Virus record (IMG/VR): IMGVR_UViG_3300032248_001448
Coordinates: 1 to 45,186 of that record
Reading direction: 5' to 3' (one strand)
DNA: 45,186 nt
Source of the DNA: a virus
Taxonomy: Duplodnaviria; Caudoviricetes
The position numbers and the translations under genes are program-made. Positions within the stretch are counted from its first letter, which is position 1; the number at the start of each line of letters is the position of its first letter. Below, one piece after another: positions 1 to 8,684 of this stretch. The notes below the pieces were generated by a model. That model ran no database searches. It was not told where the DNA came from and saw only the letters and a list, made by a program, of their open reading frames with translations.

Positions 1-563
1 CCCCACCTCCTCCACCGCCACCTCCTCCACCACCACCACCGCCTCCGCCTCCGCCGCCTCCGCCTGGCCCAAGCAAAAGTAGTGGAAGCAAAAGTAACAG
101 CAAAAGTAGTGGAAGCAAAAGTAGCAATTCTTGCGGGGGATGTGGAAACAGTTCGAGAGGAGGCTGCGTGACAACTTATAACAGAAATCGCCAGCCGACT
201 GGACAAGTATGTTGCCAGCAATGTCCACATTCATATCCTGGGCATTATTCTGATTATAGGCTTAAAACAAATTTAGAAATAATCTCTGATGGAATTATCC
301 GTTTAAAACAATTACCCGTATATAGATTTAATTGGATCTCTGATTTAGAAGGAAATAAAGTTGATGGGTTTATAGCTCACGAGACAAAATCTATTATACC
401 CGAATCTGTCTTTGGGGAAAAAGACGCAGTAGATTCAAAAGGTGAACCAATTTATCAAAAAATTGATCAATCTAAAATTGTTCCTCTTTTAGCCGCCGCA
501 TTAAAAGAAGCGATTGCGAAAATTGAAGACTTAGAAAATAAAATTAACAATTTAAAATATTAA
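1..563 (+). CDS. 5'-truncated tail fibre/spike-like protein with C-terminal intramolecular chaperone (Peptidase S74-type) domain
   Basis: The frame of the 168..563 ORF stays open back to position 3: P x21, GPSKSSGSKSNSKSSGSKSSNS, then six Cys. It continues SDYRLKTN (249), YRFNW, GFIAHE, IDQSKIVPLLAAALKE and a terminal coiled coil, the S74 chaperone signature. GTG168 is an internal Val. Confidence 0.85.
   Translation, partial: PPPPPPPPPPPPPPPPPPPPPGPSKSSGSKSNSKSSGSKSSNSCGGCGNSSRGGCVTTYNRNRQPTGQVCCQQCPHSYPGHYSDYRLKTNLEIISDGIIRLKQLPVYRFNWISDLEGNKVDGFIAHETKSIIPESVFGEKDAVDSKGEPIYQKIDQSKIVPLLAAALKEAIAKIEDLENKINNLKY
3..65 (+). repeat. (CCN)21 poly-proline coding tract, truncated by the window edge
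   Basis: 21 consecutive Pro codons with mixed third bases (CCA/CCT/CCG); very GC-rich against the AT-rich background. Confidence 0.95.
72..125 (+). repeat. 27-nt tandem repeat x2 encoding SKSSGSKS[N/S]
   Basis: agcaaaagtagtggaagcaaaagtaac (72-98) and agcaaaagtagtggaagcaaaagtagc (99-125); one mismatch. Confidence 0.9.
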
Positions 564-576
564 TTTAATTAAATTT

Positions 577-585
577 TGCTATAAT
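577..585 (+). promoter_or_regulatory. Extended -10 promoter element (TGnTATAAT)
   Basis: TGCTATAAT in the 31-nt gap, 9 nt before ATG595. Confidence 0.55.
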
Positions 586-594
586 CTATATTAG

Positions 595-1401
595 ATGATA
601 AATTCACCTAAATTCTACATGTCTTATTGTCCGAAGGGTTATCATGGATGGAATAATCAAAAGCCTTCTAATTTTTTATTAGACACATATAAATTAAGCG
701 CAAATTTAATATTAAAACATTATGGCGAAGTGTGTTTGATTACAGATTCTAATTCAAAAAAATATTTTGAATCTATACCATTTACAAAAGTAGACACAAT
801 TTTGGATGAGTTTTTAATACCAGAAGAATATCAAAAAGTTTGGTCTTTAAGTAAAATATTTGCTTATAAATATTTATCTTTAAATGGAGAGAGTTTTATT
901 CATATAGATAATGACGTTTTTTTATGGAAACCTCTTCCGATAAATTTTACAAAATTAGGTTTATTAGCTCAATCGCCCGAAACAAAAATTAATTATTTTT
1001 ATAAATTAAATGATTTTTATAAAAGATGCCCTAAAAAATATATCGCTCAATATGCGAGGACCAATTATGCGCCTAACGCTGGAGTTTTTGGCGGCTCCAA
1101 TTTAGGGTTCATTTATAAATATAGCTCTTCTGCATTAGATATGGTTTTAGATCCAGTTAATAAAAAATTTTGGACGGAAGATAATTTTGGCGCAACTTGG
1201 CGGAAAGCTGTTTATGCAGAACAATATTATTTAGCCGTTTGCGCAGAATATTATGAACAAAAAATAAATTTTCTTTTTAATGAAGGAGAATTTTCTCCAA
1301 TAAAATGTGCAGAAATTGGATACACTCATCTTCTTGCTGCGAAAAAAGGCAAATATATACCAGAAAAAATTAAACTAATTATAAAATTAATGAATTTTTA
1401 A
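595..1401 (+). CDS. Putative GT-A fold nucleotide-sugar transferase (DUF6734-like)
   Basis: WSLSKIFAY...FIHIDNDVFLWKPLP (DxD motif), PNAGVFGG, AEQYYL and a C-terminal GYTHL. Confidence 0.65.
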   Translation: MINSPKFYMSYCPKGYHGWNNQKPSNFLLDTYKLSANLILKHYGEVCLITDSNSKKYFESIPFTKVDTILDEFLIPEEYQKVWSLSKIFAYKYLSLNGESFIHIDNDVFLWKPLPINFTKLGLLAQSPETKINYFYKLNDFYKRCPKKYIAQYARTNYAPNAGVFGGSNLGFIYKYSSSALDMVLDPVNKKFWTEDNFGATWRKAVYAEQYYLAVCAEYYEQKINFLFNEGEFSPIKCAEIGYTHLLAAKKGKYIPEKIKLIIKLMNF

Positions 1402-1408
1402 AAAATAA

Positions 1409-1415
1409 GTGTATA
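1409..1415 (+). promoter_or_regulatory. Putative late promoter, variant GTGTATA
   Basis: AAGTGTATATAAT just after the upstream stop and 8 nt before ATG1424; resembles the GTGTAAT motif found before other structural genes. Confidence 0.5.
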
Positions 1416-1423
1416 TAATATAT

Positions 1424-3568
1424 ATGGCGACTAGCTCTACTTCTTTAAAGTCAATAAATTTACCGATAGGAGAATGGGTCCAATTACCCGACGAAGATGT
1501 TAATTCGATTACATTATTAAACAATAATGACGCAGATATAAAAGTCAAAGAATTAAAAAATCAAGCTTTAACTAGCTATTCTTTTAAAGATTACAATCCA
1601 ATGTCCATTTATGATCCGGTGAAGTATAATGTTGGTTTAGGCGAAATTTCTACGATAAAATCTGGGGTTCAAGAAAATAAAATTTTTAAAGCAGAAAATA
1701 TAACCAAAAGATTAGCGGCTTATACAAAATTATCTAAATTTGTAGACAAAAATAATTTAGAAATAAGCTTTGATTTTTATAATCCTTCTCCAATTTTTTC
1801 TAAAATAGTTTCCATGGAGACGACAAACGATATACCATTAGGTTGGGAATGGGGGACGACTTATAATACAATAAGTTATACAAGCAGTTATCCAGGAGGC
1901 ATAGGAATGACTCTTTTCGAGAACCCAAATTGGGGGATAAAATTTAAAATTTCGAATTGGAAAAGCTCTTATTCCTACAATAAATGGGACGGGTATTCTT
2001 CAGGATCGGGCTCTACACCATGGAGACTAGTTGTTTATAAATATGTAGAAAACGATTTTTCAGAAAAAAAAGCTAATGCTTGGTACGCTGAAGCTCAAAG
2101 TTGGTCAATCAATTCTCAAAATGAAGAATTAAATCTTACGATTCCTTTATATCTATTAAATGGAATTAAACCTTACGAAAGAGTGTTTGTTTGTTTTGAG
2201 CAATTTGAAACGACAAATGACTTCACCACTTGGCCGAAGGCACAAAATGGTAATTATGTAAGAATAACCCCATTCCAAGAAGTGATTTTAAGAGGTTGGG
2301 GAGGGCGCAAAACCGGATCGGCAATCGAATTGACTAAACCAGAATTTATAAATGATACGAATCCAACATCTCAGCCAAATCAACAAATTATACTTGATTC
2401 TGTGGCTATGTCTGGAGGAGTATTTACATATCATTGTCGCTACAATTCTACAATAAATGGTTTTAATACCGATTTACTGACTTTAGAATATTCAAAAGAT
2501 AATATAAATTGGAATCGAAATACTGACACGGCGGCCAGACTGAGAAGTTATTATATTAACGAAAATTCTGGAAGATTTTATTTTCGCGTATCTTATCCTA
2601 GAACTTGGGCCAGCTATCCAAATGTAGTTTATTCCAATACTCTCACAGTCGACTGGAGCTCTAGGACCCTTAGTGAATATTATTATAGAAATAATTATTA
2701 TGGCATAATTAGAAGAGCGGTTGGCGGCTCGAGTAATCCTACTAATGAATTTTTTTATACAGGATATGGGACTCAACTTACAACGACTAATGGAACAATA
2801 GGCATTTTGCCCACAAATACGACGGATAATGGCGGGAAAATAATAAGGCCAATGGTTACGATGCAACCAAATTCTTCTGTTAATTTATTTCTTTTTTCTA
2901 ATTGGTCTTCTAAACCGTATCCCGAAAGTCTTCCTTTTAAAAATGCAATAAGCGGAGGAGACGCATATCGTATTTCTTTTGATATTTTTAATTACGCAAT
3001 AAGCCTTTATCATGGCTCGGACACAAGGTCTAGTTCTAAACCTTATTTGATTCAAAATAGTGCTTTTCCATATTTCACCGATGCACCAAAAAATGAATGT
3101 ACCGAGCTGAGGCCGGACTATATTTGGGTTAGCTATAACCAAAACGATTGGAATAGCTGTAAAATAAAAATTAAAAATGGATTTATGTCTGTAGGATTGA
3201 ATGGAATACCCGCTGGAGAAGTGATAAGATTTAGAATAAATGATCCAAAATATTCTCTAAAAAATTTAGGCGATTATGTCGGAGTGACAACTACTCATAA
3301 TTTTCCTTCAAAAAATATTGGAAAATCTTTTTATGGAGAAATTTCTTCTATTTATCCTGCTCTGCCTGCGGATATTCAAATTAAAAATTTTAAAATTAAT
3401 AATCAAAATATTTCTAATTTAAGTCTATTAGAAATACAATCTTTGCCAGATTTAAATTTATATGGAAATTCAGGATTAGAAATAGATGGAATTTCAAATA
3501 CGAATCAAATTTTCTTACAAAATAATTCCTCCGAAGATTGCTCGATTTCTTATAGAGCTGTAATTTAA
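1424..3568 (+). CDS. Large beta-rich putative virion protein with lectin-like and Fn3-like segments
   Basis: ATG1424 preferred because GTG1409 lies inside the promoter-like motif. Aromatic/Asn-rich. EYSKDNINW...FYFRV is Fn3-like. RISFD...WNSCKIKI...VGLNG...YVGVT...IKNFKI is ConA/L-lectin-like. Confidence 0.55.
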   Translation: MATSSTSLKSINLPIGEWVQLPDEDVNSITLLNNNDADIKVKELKNQALTSYSFKDYNPMSIYDPVKYNVGLGEISTIKSGVQENKIFKAENITKRLAAYTKLSKFVDKNNLEISFDFYNPSPIFSKIVSMETTNDIPLGWEWGTTYNTISYTSSYPGGIGMTLFENPNWGIKFKISNWKSSYSYNKWDGYSSGSGSTPWRLVVYKYVENDFSEKKANAWYAEAQSWSINSQNEELNLTIPLYLLNGIKPYERVFVCFEQFETTNDFTTWPKAQNGNYVRITPFQEVILRGWGGRKTGSAIELTKPEFINDTNPTSQPNQQIILDSVAMSGGVFTYHCRYNSTINGFNTDLLTLEYSKDNINWNRNTDTAARLRSYYINENSGRFYFRVSYPRTWASYPNVVYSNTLTVDWSSRTLSEYYYRNNYYGIIRRAVGGSSNPTNEFFYTGYGTQLTTTNGTIGILPTNTTDNGGKIIRPMVTMQPNSSVNLFLFSNWSSKPYPESLPFKNAISGGDAYRISFDIFNYAISLYHGSDTRSSSKPYLIQNSAFPYFTDAPKNECTELRPDYIWVSYNQNDWNSCKIKIKNGFMSVGLNGIPAGEVIRFRINDPKYSLKNLGDYVGVTTTHNFPSKNIGKSFYGEISSIYPALPADIQIKNFKINNQNISNLSLLEIQSLPDLNLYGNSGLEIDGISNTNQIFLQNNSSEDCSISYRAVI
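3558..3564 (+). promoter_or_regulatory. Putative late promoter, variant CTGTAAT
   Basis: Lies in the last codons of the upstream gene, 8 nt before ATG3573. Confidence 0.4.
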
Positions 3569-3572
3569 TTAT

Positions 3573-5282
3573 ATGAATTCATTTTCTTTAATTGGTCCAG
3601 AAAGCCTCAATGGAAATACTTATAAAATAATAAAAATTACGAATAATCCAATAGAGAATGGGAAAAAATTATTAAAAGAATACGAAGAAATAAGTGAAGA
3701 TAATTATAATCAAAATAATAGATTTACTTTATTCTTGCCTCCAGGAGTATATGATTTAGGGAATAAATCTTTAAATTTATATAAACCATCAGTTAATATT
3801 ATAGGATTAGGCGAAGGAGCGGCTCAGCAAAAAATTATTAGTTCAGTCCCAACTGGCGCAGTATTTAATATACTACACGACGGATTAAATATAAAAAATC
3901 TTACGATAAATAATACTTTTGAGATACTAAATCCAACAGATCAGCAAGTCGCAGAATTAAGTGCGTATAATATGGCGAATACAAATAAAACTTACGGACT
4001 GTTTGCTCCAACGGCTTTATATTATTTATATAAATTCACTATTAGAGATGGAGTTAATTATATTACGTTTAAAAATATGAATAGTAATTTTTATAAAGAA
4101 ATATATAATCATTTAAATCCATTCCCTTCGACTTGGAATTTAAATTTTTTTAATACGCCTATTTATAAAGCCGAAGACCAAGATTTATACGTAGCAAAAT
4201 TTCAAAATACTGCGAATAATTTACCATTAGCTTGGTATATTTTTTCTAAATCTACAACTTCTAATTTAATAAATATAATTAAATTTTCAACAGAAAGCTA
4301 TAAACCTTTTCCATGGCAATGTAATGTTTGGAAAAATTTTTCTAATCCACAAGAAACAGCAGAAGTAGATTTTAAAATATGGCCATGGCCGGAAGATTAT
4401 AATAATTTAGAAAATATAGCTCTTGAAGAAATGTTTTGGGCGCTTACAATGCCGACTAATTCTTGTTTTATTGGTAATTTTAAAAATGTCAAAGCGGGAA
4501 GATGCTCTTTTGGCGGATATGATGGTTTCGCGGCTGGTAAATTTGAAAATTGCGAAGGAGAAATGTACTCCTTCGGTCATCCTTGGGATTTCGACAGAAC
4601 AAATCAAGATAAATTACTTTTTTGTAGCGGAGAATTTATTAATTGTAAATCAAATCTTGGATCTTTTGGGCACTTAGGTTTAATAGCTGGTAAATTTAAC
4701 AATTGCCATCAAATTGCAGGTAATTTAGAAAATCAGATGGATATAGGTTATGCTACTTTTGGAGATCTTACGGGAATTACATCATCTATGTCAAATTGCT
4801 TTATTTATGGCACTGGGCAAAATATGACAGTTGACGATCCTACTCCCGTTGGCAGCTTGTGGAATGAATCAACCGATGGAGATTTAAGCAATAATCCTTA
4901 TTCTCCAACTTCAATTGGAGCATTATCTGGGCCAGTTAACTCTATTTATATTATTAGGAATGAAAGCAGTGCTTTTGATTCTGACTTTTTCACTTTAAAT
5001 ATCCCTCCAAATAAACAAATAGTAGAAATTAAATTAACTAAATTTGAAACAGATAATTCGACAATACCATTATTTTTTGGAATTCAAGCGGGCTCGGCTT
5101 GGACAGCTGGAGGAGACGAGACTTTAATGATCGGGTCGGCTTACTTAAGGCCAAATAATCTTAATCAAAATATTCTTACGGCAATGAATTTAACAAGTGT
5201 AGGTCAAGGAAATATTACATTTAGAAATCAATATTTATCTACAGCTATCGCCGCATTAGAATTTCAAATTAAAATAATTTAA
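3573..5282 (+). CDS. Putative virion protein with pectin-lyase-like beta-helix and a C-terminal beta-sandwich
   Basis: LFLPPGVYDLG...VNIIGLG...IKNLTINN is a typical beta-helix start. Repeats G-x-F-x-N-[CV]-x5-SFG occur at about 4470-4770. The C-terminal domain begins WNESTDGDLSNN. Confidence 0.55.
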   Translation: MNSFSLIGPESLNGNTYKIIKITNNPIENGKKLLKEYEEISEDNYNQNNRFTLFLPPGVYDLGNKSLNLYKPSVNIIGLGEGAAQQKIISSVPTGAVFNILHDGLNIKNLTINNTFEILNPTDQQVAELSAYNMANTNKTYGLFAPTALYYLYKFTIRDGVNYITFKNMNSNFYKEIYNHLNPFPSTWNLNFFNTPIYKAEDQDLYVAKFQNTANNLPLAWYIFSKSTTSNLINIIKFSTESYKPFPWQCNVWKNFSNPQETAEVDFKIWPWPEDYNNLENIALEEMFWALTMPTNSCFIGNFKNVKAGRCSFGGYDGFAAGKFENCEGEMYSFGHPWDFDRTNQDKLLFCSGEFINCKSNLGSFGHLGLIAGKFNNCHQIAGNLENQMDIGYATFGDLTGITSSMSNCFIYGTGQNMTVDDPTPVGSLWNESTDGDLSNNPYSPTSIGALSGPVNSIYIIRNESSAFDSDFFTLNIPPNKQIVEIKLTKFETDNSTIPLFFGIQAGSAWTAGGDETLMIGSAYLRPNNLNQNILTAMNLTSVGQGNITFRNQYLSTAIAALEFQIKII

Positions 5283-5286
5283 CCAT

Positions 5287-5484
5287 ATGAAAAATATTAT
5301 AATAAAACAAATCTCTGACAAACATGATGTAGAAATTTTTTTGCAAGAAGGCGTTTTAAATATAAATTCAAAAAATGAAGACTTTAAATTCAAAATAAAT
5401 TCTGAAATTTATAGTAAAAAAAATATTACATATTTAGATGGGACAGGGACAGCTAGATCTTTGACAGTTTTTGCAAAAGATTAA
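5287..5484 (+). CDS. Small hypothetical protein (65 aa)
   Basis: Starts 4 nt after the upstream stop on the same strand. Confidence 0.65.
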   Translation: MKNIIIKQISDKHDVEIFLQEGVLNINSKNEDFKFKINSEIYSKKNITYLDGTGTARSLTVFAKD

Positions 5485-5550
5485 TATACAAAATATATTT
5501 AAGGCAGTCCGTCTTATTATCCGATGGTAAATGCGTACTAATAGTATTAT

Positions 5551-5579
5551 TTAGATATTTATAAAAAATATATTATAAT
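5551..5579 (+). promoter_or_regulatory. Sigma70-like promoter TTAGAT-N17-TATAAT
   Basis: TTAGAT 5551-5556 and TATAAT 5574-5579, ATG at 5587; identical hexamers and spacing recur at 19236. Confidence 0.65.
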
Positions 5580-5586
5580 ATATTTA

Positions 5587-6003
5587 ATGCTTAAAATATA
5601 TTGTCAATCTTGCGGAGCAAAATATGAATATTCTAATTCAAAACCAAATTTTTGTTCAAAATGTGGCACGAATTTAAATCAATTTTCAAATTATACAAAA
5701 GCGGAATTAATTGTTCCAGAAAATATAGAAGAAGAATTAGACTCATTAAAAGTTCCTAAAATAAATAATTTAGAAGTTGAAATATCTAAATCAGAACTAA
5801 TATCGGAAAAAATTTCTGATATTATAAGTTCTTCTCCAGAAGAAGAATATGAAGATTTTAAACAATTGATTGAGAATAATCAAACTTATCATACAGAAAA
5901 TGAAGAGCAATTTCTTAAAGATTTTTCAGAAGAAGCTGGCGCGCTAAGACCGAAAATAAGAGAGCATAAAACTAATGTCAAAAATAAAAACTCCAAATTT
6001 TGA
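5587..6003 (+). CDS. Zinc-ribbon protein with acidic C-terminal region
   Basis: YCQSCG...NFCSKCG (two CxxC), followed by a Glu-rich region. Confidence 0.75.
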   Translation: MLKIYCQSCGAKYEYSNSKPNFCSKCGTNLNQFSNYTKAELIVPENIEEELDSLKVPKINNLEVEISKSELISEKISDIISSSPEEEYEDFKQLIENNQTYHTENEEQFLKDFSEEAGALRPKIREHKTNVKNKNSKF

Positions 6004-6661
6004 AAATTATATTAAAGAAATCGACCAAGAAATATTAAAACGAAAAAATAAATGGACACTCACTGCAATTTCTTGGATGGATTTTAATGATGTCGCCCAA
6101 ATATTAAGATTTCATATTTATAAAAAATGGCATTTATACAATAGTAATAAACCTCTTACGCCCTGGATTAATAGAATTATAAGTAATCAAATTAAAAATT
6201 TAATTCGAAATAATTATAGCAATTACACTCGCCCATGCTTAAAATGCTCCGCCGCCGAAGGAGAAACTGGCTGCGCTATTTATCAAATCCAATGCAAAAA
6301 ATGCCCATTGTATAAAAATTGGGAGGAAAAAAAGAAAAATGCATATTGCACAAAAATTACATTTAGTCTAGAAAATCATAAACAAGAAATTGGGGATATA
6401 AAAGAAGAGTCTATGGATTTAGAGTCTTCGGTTAAAAATATACATACGAAGATACAATATTTCTTAAAACCTATAGAATGGAAAATTTATCAATATCTTT
6501 ATATACAATGCTTAGAAGAAGAAAAAGTAGCTAAACTCATGGGGTATAAAACAACGGAAAAGAACAGATCTGCAGGATATAAACAAATAAAAAATTTAAA
6601 AAAATCTATTTTTTTGAAAGTTAAAAAACATCTTTATAACGGAGACATAGATATTTTATGA
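5975..6661 (+). CDS. Phage RNA polymerase sigma factor, ECF-like, with Cys-rich insertion
   Basis: Region-2-like DFNDVAQILRFHIYKKWHLYN...LTPWINRIISNQIKNLIR. Region-4-like LKPIEWKIYQYLY...EEKVAKLMGY. CxxC-x8-C-x6-CxxC lies between them. Confidence 0.75.
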   Translation: MSKIKTPNFENYIKEIDQEILKRKNKWTLTAISWMDFNDVAQILRFHIYKKWHLYNSNKPLTPWINRIISNQIKNLIRNNYSNYTRPCLKCSAAEGETGCAIYQIQCKKCPLYKNWEEKKKNAYCTKITFSLENHKQEIGDIKEESMDLESSVKNIHTKIQYFLKPIEWKIYQYLYIQCLEEEKVAKLMGYKTTEKNRSAGYKQIKNLKKSIFLKVKKHLYNGDIDIL

Positions 6662-7752
6662 GCGAAGAAATTTTAATATTGACAGAAGAGCAGCAATTAA
6701 AATTATTAAAAGAATGGAACGATAGACCGAATAACCCGCCCTCTTTGGCGGAACTAGTAAAATTAGCCTTTCAAAGAGACGATTTAGACGGAAGAAGTAA
6801 AGAAGGGAAAGCTGTAAAACAATTTCTTGCTTCTAGACAAATTAAGCCTAAAAAAAGTCATGAATACGAAGCAAAAGGTTTAATAGAATTACATAACGAG
6901 CAGAAAGAGTATATCAGTAATAACTGTCATACCATGACAGGTTTAGAAATGGCCAAGATTCTTTTCAAGAACGAATCACTAACAAATTTGTCGCAAGAAA
7001 CTAGAAGCGTTTTAGAATACATGAAAAATATTCCTACGAATATAAAATTTAATAACATTGAAAACGAAAGTATTCCTACAGATGAATACAAGCCCCCAAA
7101 AAGCGAAGAAAGAACAATCGCTAAAATTAATAAATATATTCTTGACGGAATAGACAAAAATAAATTGACTCATAAACATAAAAAAGAAATTAATTCTTTA
7201 ATTGGATATATGAATACATATAGATTTTCTCATCAAATTAATCTTTATGACGACGAAAAAGATCGAGAACTTTTCGAAAGTAGTTTCGTTAGGTATACGT
7301 ATGATAAAAGCGACCTAACTCAAGAAGAAGTAGACCAATACATCGTTCTTTCTACAGAAGTAGTTATATCTTCTAATATACAGCAGACAATAAATGTTTT
7401 GCAAAATCAAATTGATATGGCCATTCAAGAGGACGGGAAAATTCCAATGGCACTTGTTGAAGCGAGTAATACTGCTAGAAAAGAATATAATGATTGCGTA
7501 AATCGCCAGCAAAAACTTCTTAGCGATCTTAAAGTCAAAAGAAGCGAAAAATTAAGCAAGCAAATAAAGGAAACTGCTTCGATCATAAATCTTGTCCAAA
7601 TGTGGAAAGAGGAAGATAATAGGCAAAAATTAATTAAAATGGCGGAAATGAGAAAGCAAATCGTAGAAAAAGAAATTGATAGATTATCTTCTATGGATGA
7701 AGTAAAATGTAAAATACTGGGCATTTCTAAAGACGAGATTTTAAATGGATGA
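6658..7752 (+). CDS. Hypothetical helical/coiled-coil protein (candidate terminase small subunit or packaging accessory)
   Basis: ATGA-coupled to both neighbours; HTH-like MTGLEMAKILF; C-terminal coiled coil; two genes upstream of terL. The function is a synteny guess. Confidence 0.45.
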   Translation: MSEEILILTEEQQLKLLKEWNDRPNNPPSLAELVKLAFQRDDLDGRSKEGKAVKQFLASRQIKPKKSHEYEAKGLIELHNEQKEYISNNCHTMTGLEMAKILFKNESLTNLSQETRSVLEYMKNIPTNIKFNNIENESIPTDEYKPPKSEERTIAKINKYILDGIDKNKLTHKHKKEINSLIGYMNTYRFSHQINLYDDEKDRELFESSFVRYTYDKSDLTQEEVDQYIVLSTEVVISSNIQQTINVLQNQIDMAIQEDGKIPMALVEASNTARKEYNDCVNRQQKLLSDLKVKRSEKLSKQIKETASIINLVQMWKEEDNRQKLIKMAEMRKQIVEKEIDRLSSMDEVKCKILGISKDEILNG

Positions 7753-8684
7753 GTGTTATATGCAAAGTCGATGGGAAAGAATTTAAGGACGAGAAAAGCC
7801 TTCATCTCGCCCTCAAGTCTTACGGGTTAAATAAAGAAAAATATTACCACAAGTATTATCCAAAAAAAGATTTTTTGACCGACGAAGTAATTAATTTTAA
7901 ATCAAAAGAACAATATTTTAATAATGATTTTAATCATAAAAATAATATGAAAAAATGGCTTAAAATTCAGCCGATAGAAAAAGCTCGAGAATATTGTAGG
8001 GAAATTCTTGTCAAAAGAAAAAAAGAAAAAAAAATAATATTTTCTCCATCTCAAGTAGAATTAAGAAGTATAATGAGCCCTTCAATTTTATTTTATAATA
8101 AAATTTTTAATAATTACTATGATCTTTGCGAGAGCCTAGAATTAAAAAATAAGTTTATGTCTCCAGATAATATATATAATCAATTTAAAAATAAATTATC
8201 TATTAAAGACACAATATATATTGATACTAGAGAGCAAAATTGGTTAAAATTTAATATACCATTTGAAATTAAAACCTTGCCCTATGGCGATTATACTTGC
8301 AATAATTATAATTGCAATTGCTATATAGAAAGAAAAAGTTTAAGCGATTTTATTAGTACTTTAAGTACGGGAAACATAAATAGATTTAATAATGAAATAT
8401 TAAAAGCAAAAAAAGATGGGGCTTATTTGATAGTAATCATTGAAGAGAAACTATCAAACGCTTTAAGCTTCAAACATCTTCCCCACATAAGCAAAAAAAT
8501 AAAGGTTACGCCTGAATTTATTTTTCATAACTTAAGAAGTTTAATGCAAAATTATGATAATTTACAATTTTTATTTGTAGACGGGAGAGAAGAAATGAAA
8601 AGAGTAATAGAGTCAATTTTTTCTAGCGAATGTTTTTATAAAAAAATAGACTTACAATTAGCATATGATATGAAAATTTTATGA
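7749..8684 (+). CDS. ERCC4/XPF-family nuclease with a degenerate N-terminal Zn-finger-like region
   Basis: IDTREQ, LPYGDY, IERKSLSDFIST and RFNNE match ERCC4 nuclease motifs; N-terminus CKVDGKEF...LHLAL. Confidence 0.8.
   Translation: MSVICKVDGKEFKDEKSLHLALKSYGLNKEKYYHKYYPKKDFLTDEVINFKSKEQYFNNDFNHKNNMKKWLKIQPIEKAREYCREILVKRKKEKKIIFSPSQVELRSIMSPSILFYNKIFNNYYDLCESLELKNKFMSPDNIYNQFKNKLSIKDTIYIDTREQNWLKFNIPFEIKTLPYGDYTCNNYNCNCYIERKSLSDFISTLSTGNINRFNNEILKAKKDGAYLIVIIEEKLSNALSFKHLPHISKKIKVTPEFIFHNLRSLMQNYDNLQFLFVDGREEMKRVIESIFSSECFYKKIDLQLAYDMKIL

Noticed and set aside
1-125. CRISPR array or non-coding microsatellite
   Set aside because: The repeats are codon-phased parts of an open frame, with no repeat-spacer structure.
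5485-5550. Structured ncRNA or terminator in a long intergenic gap
   Set aside because: Only a weak 5-bp stem (AAGGC/GTCTT) without a convincing U-tract.
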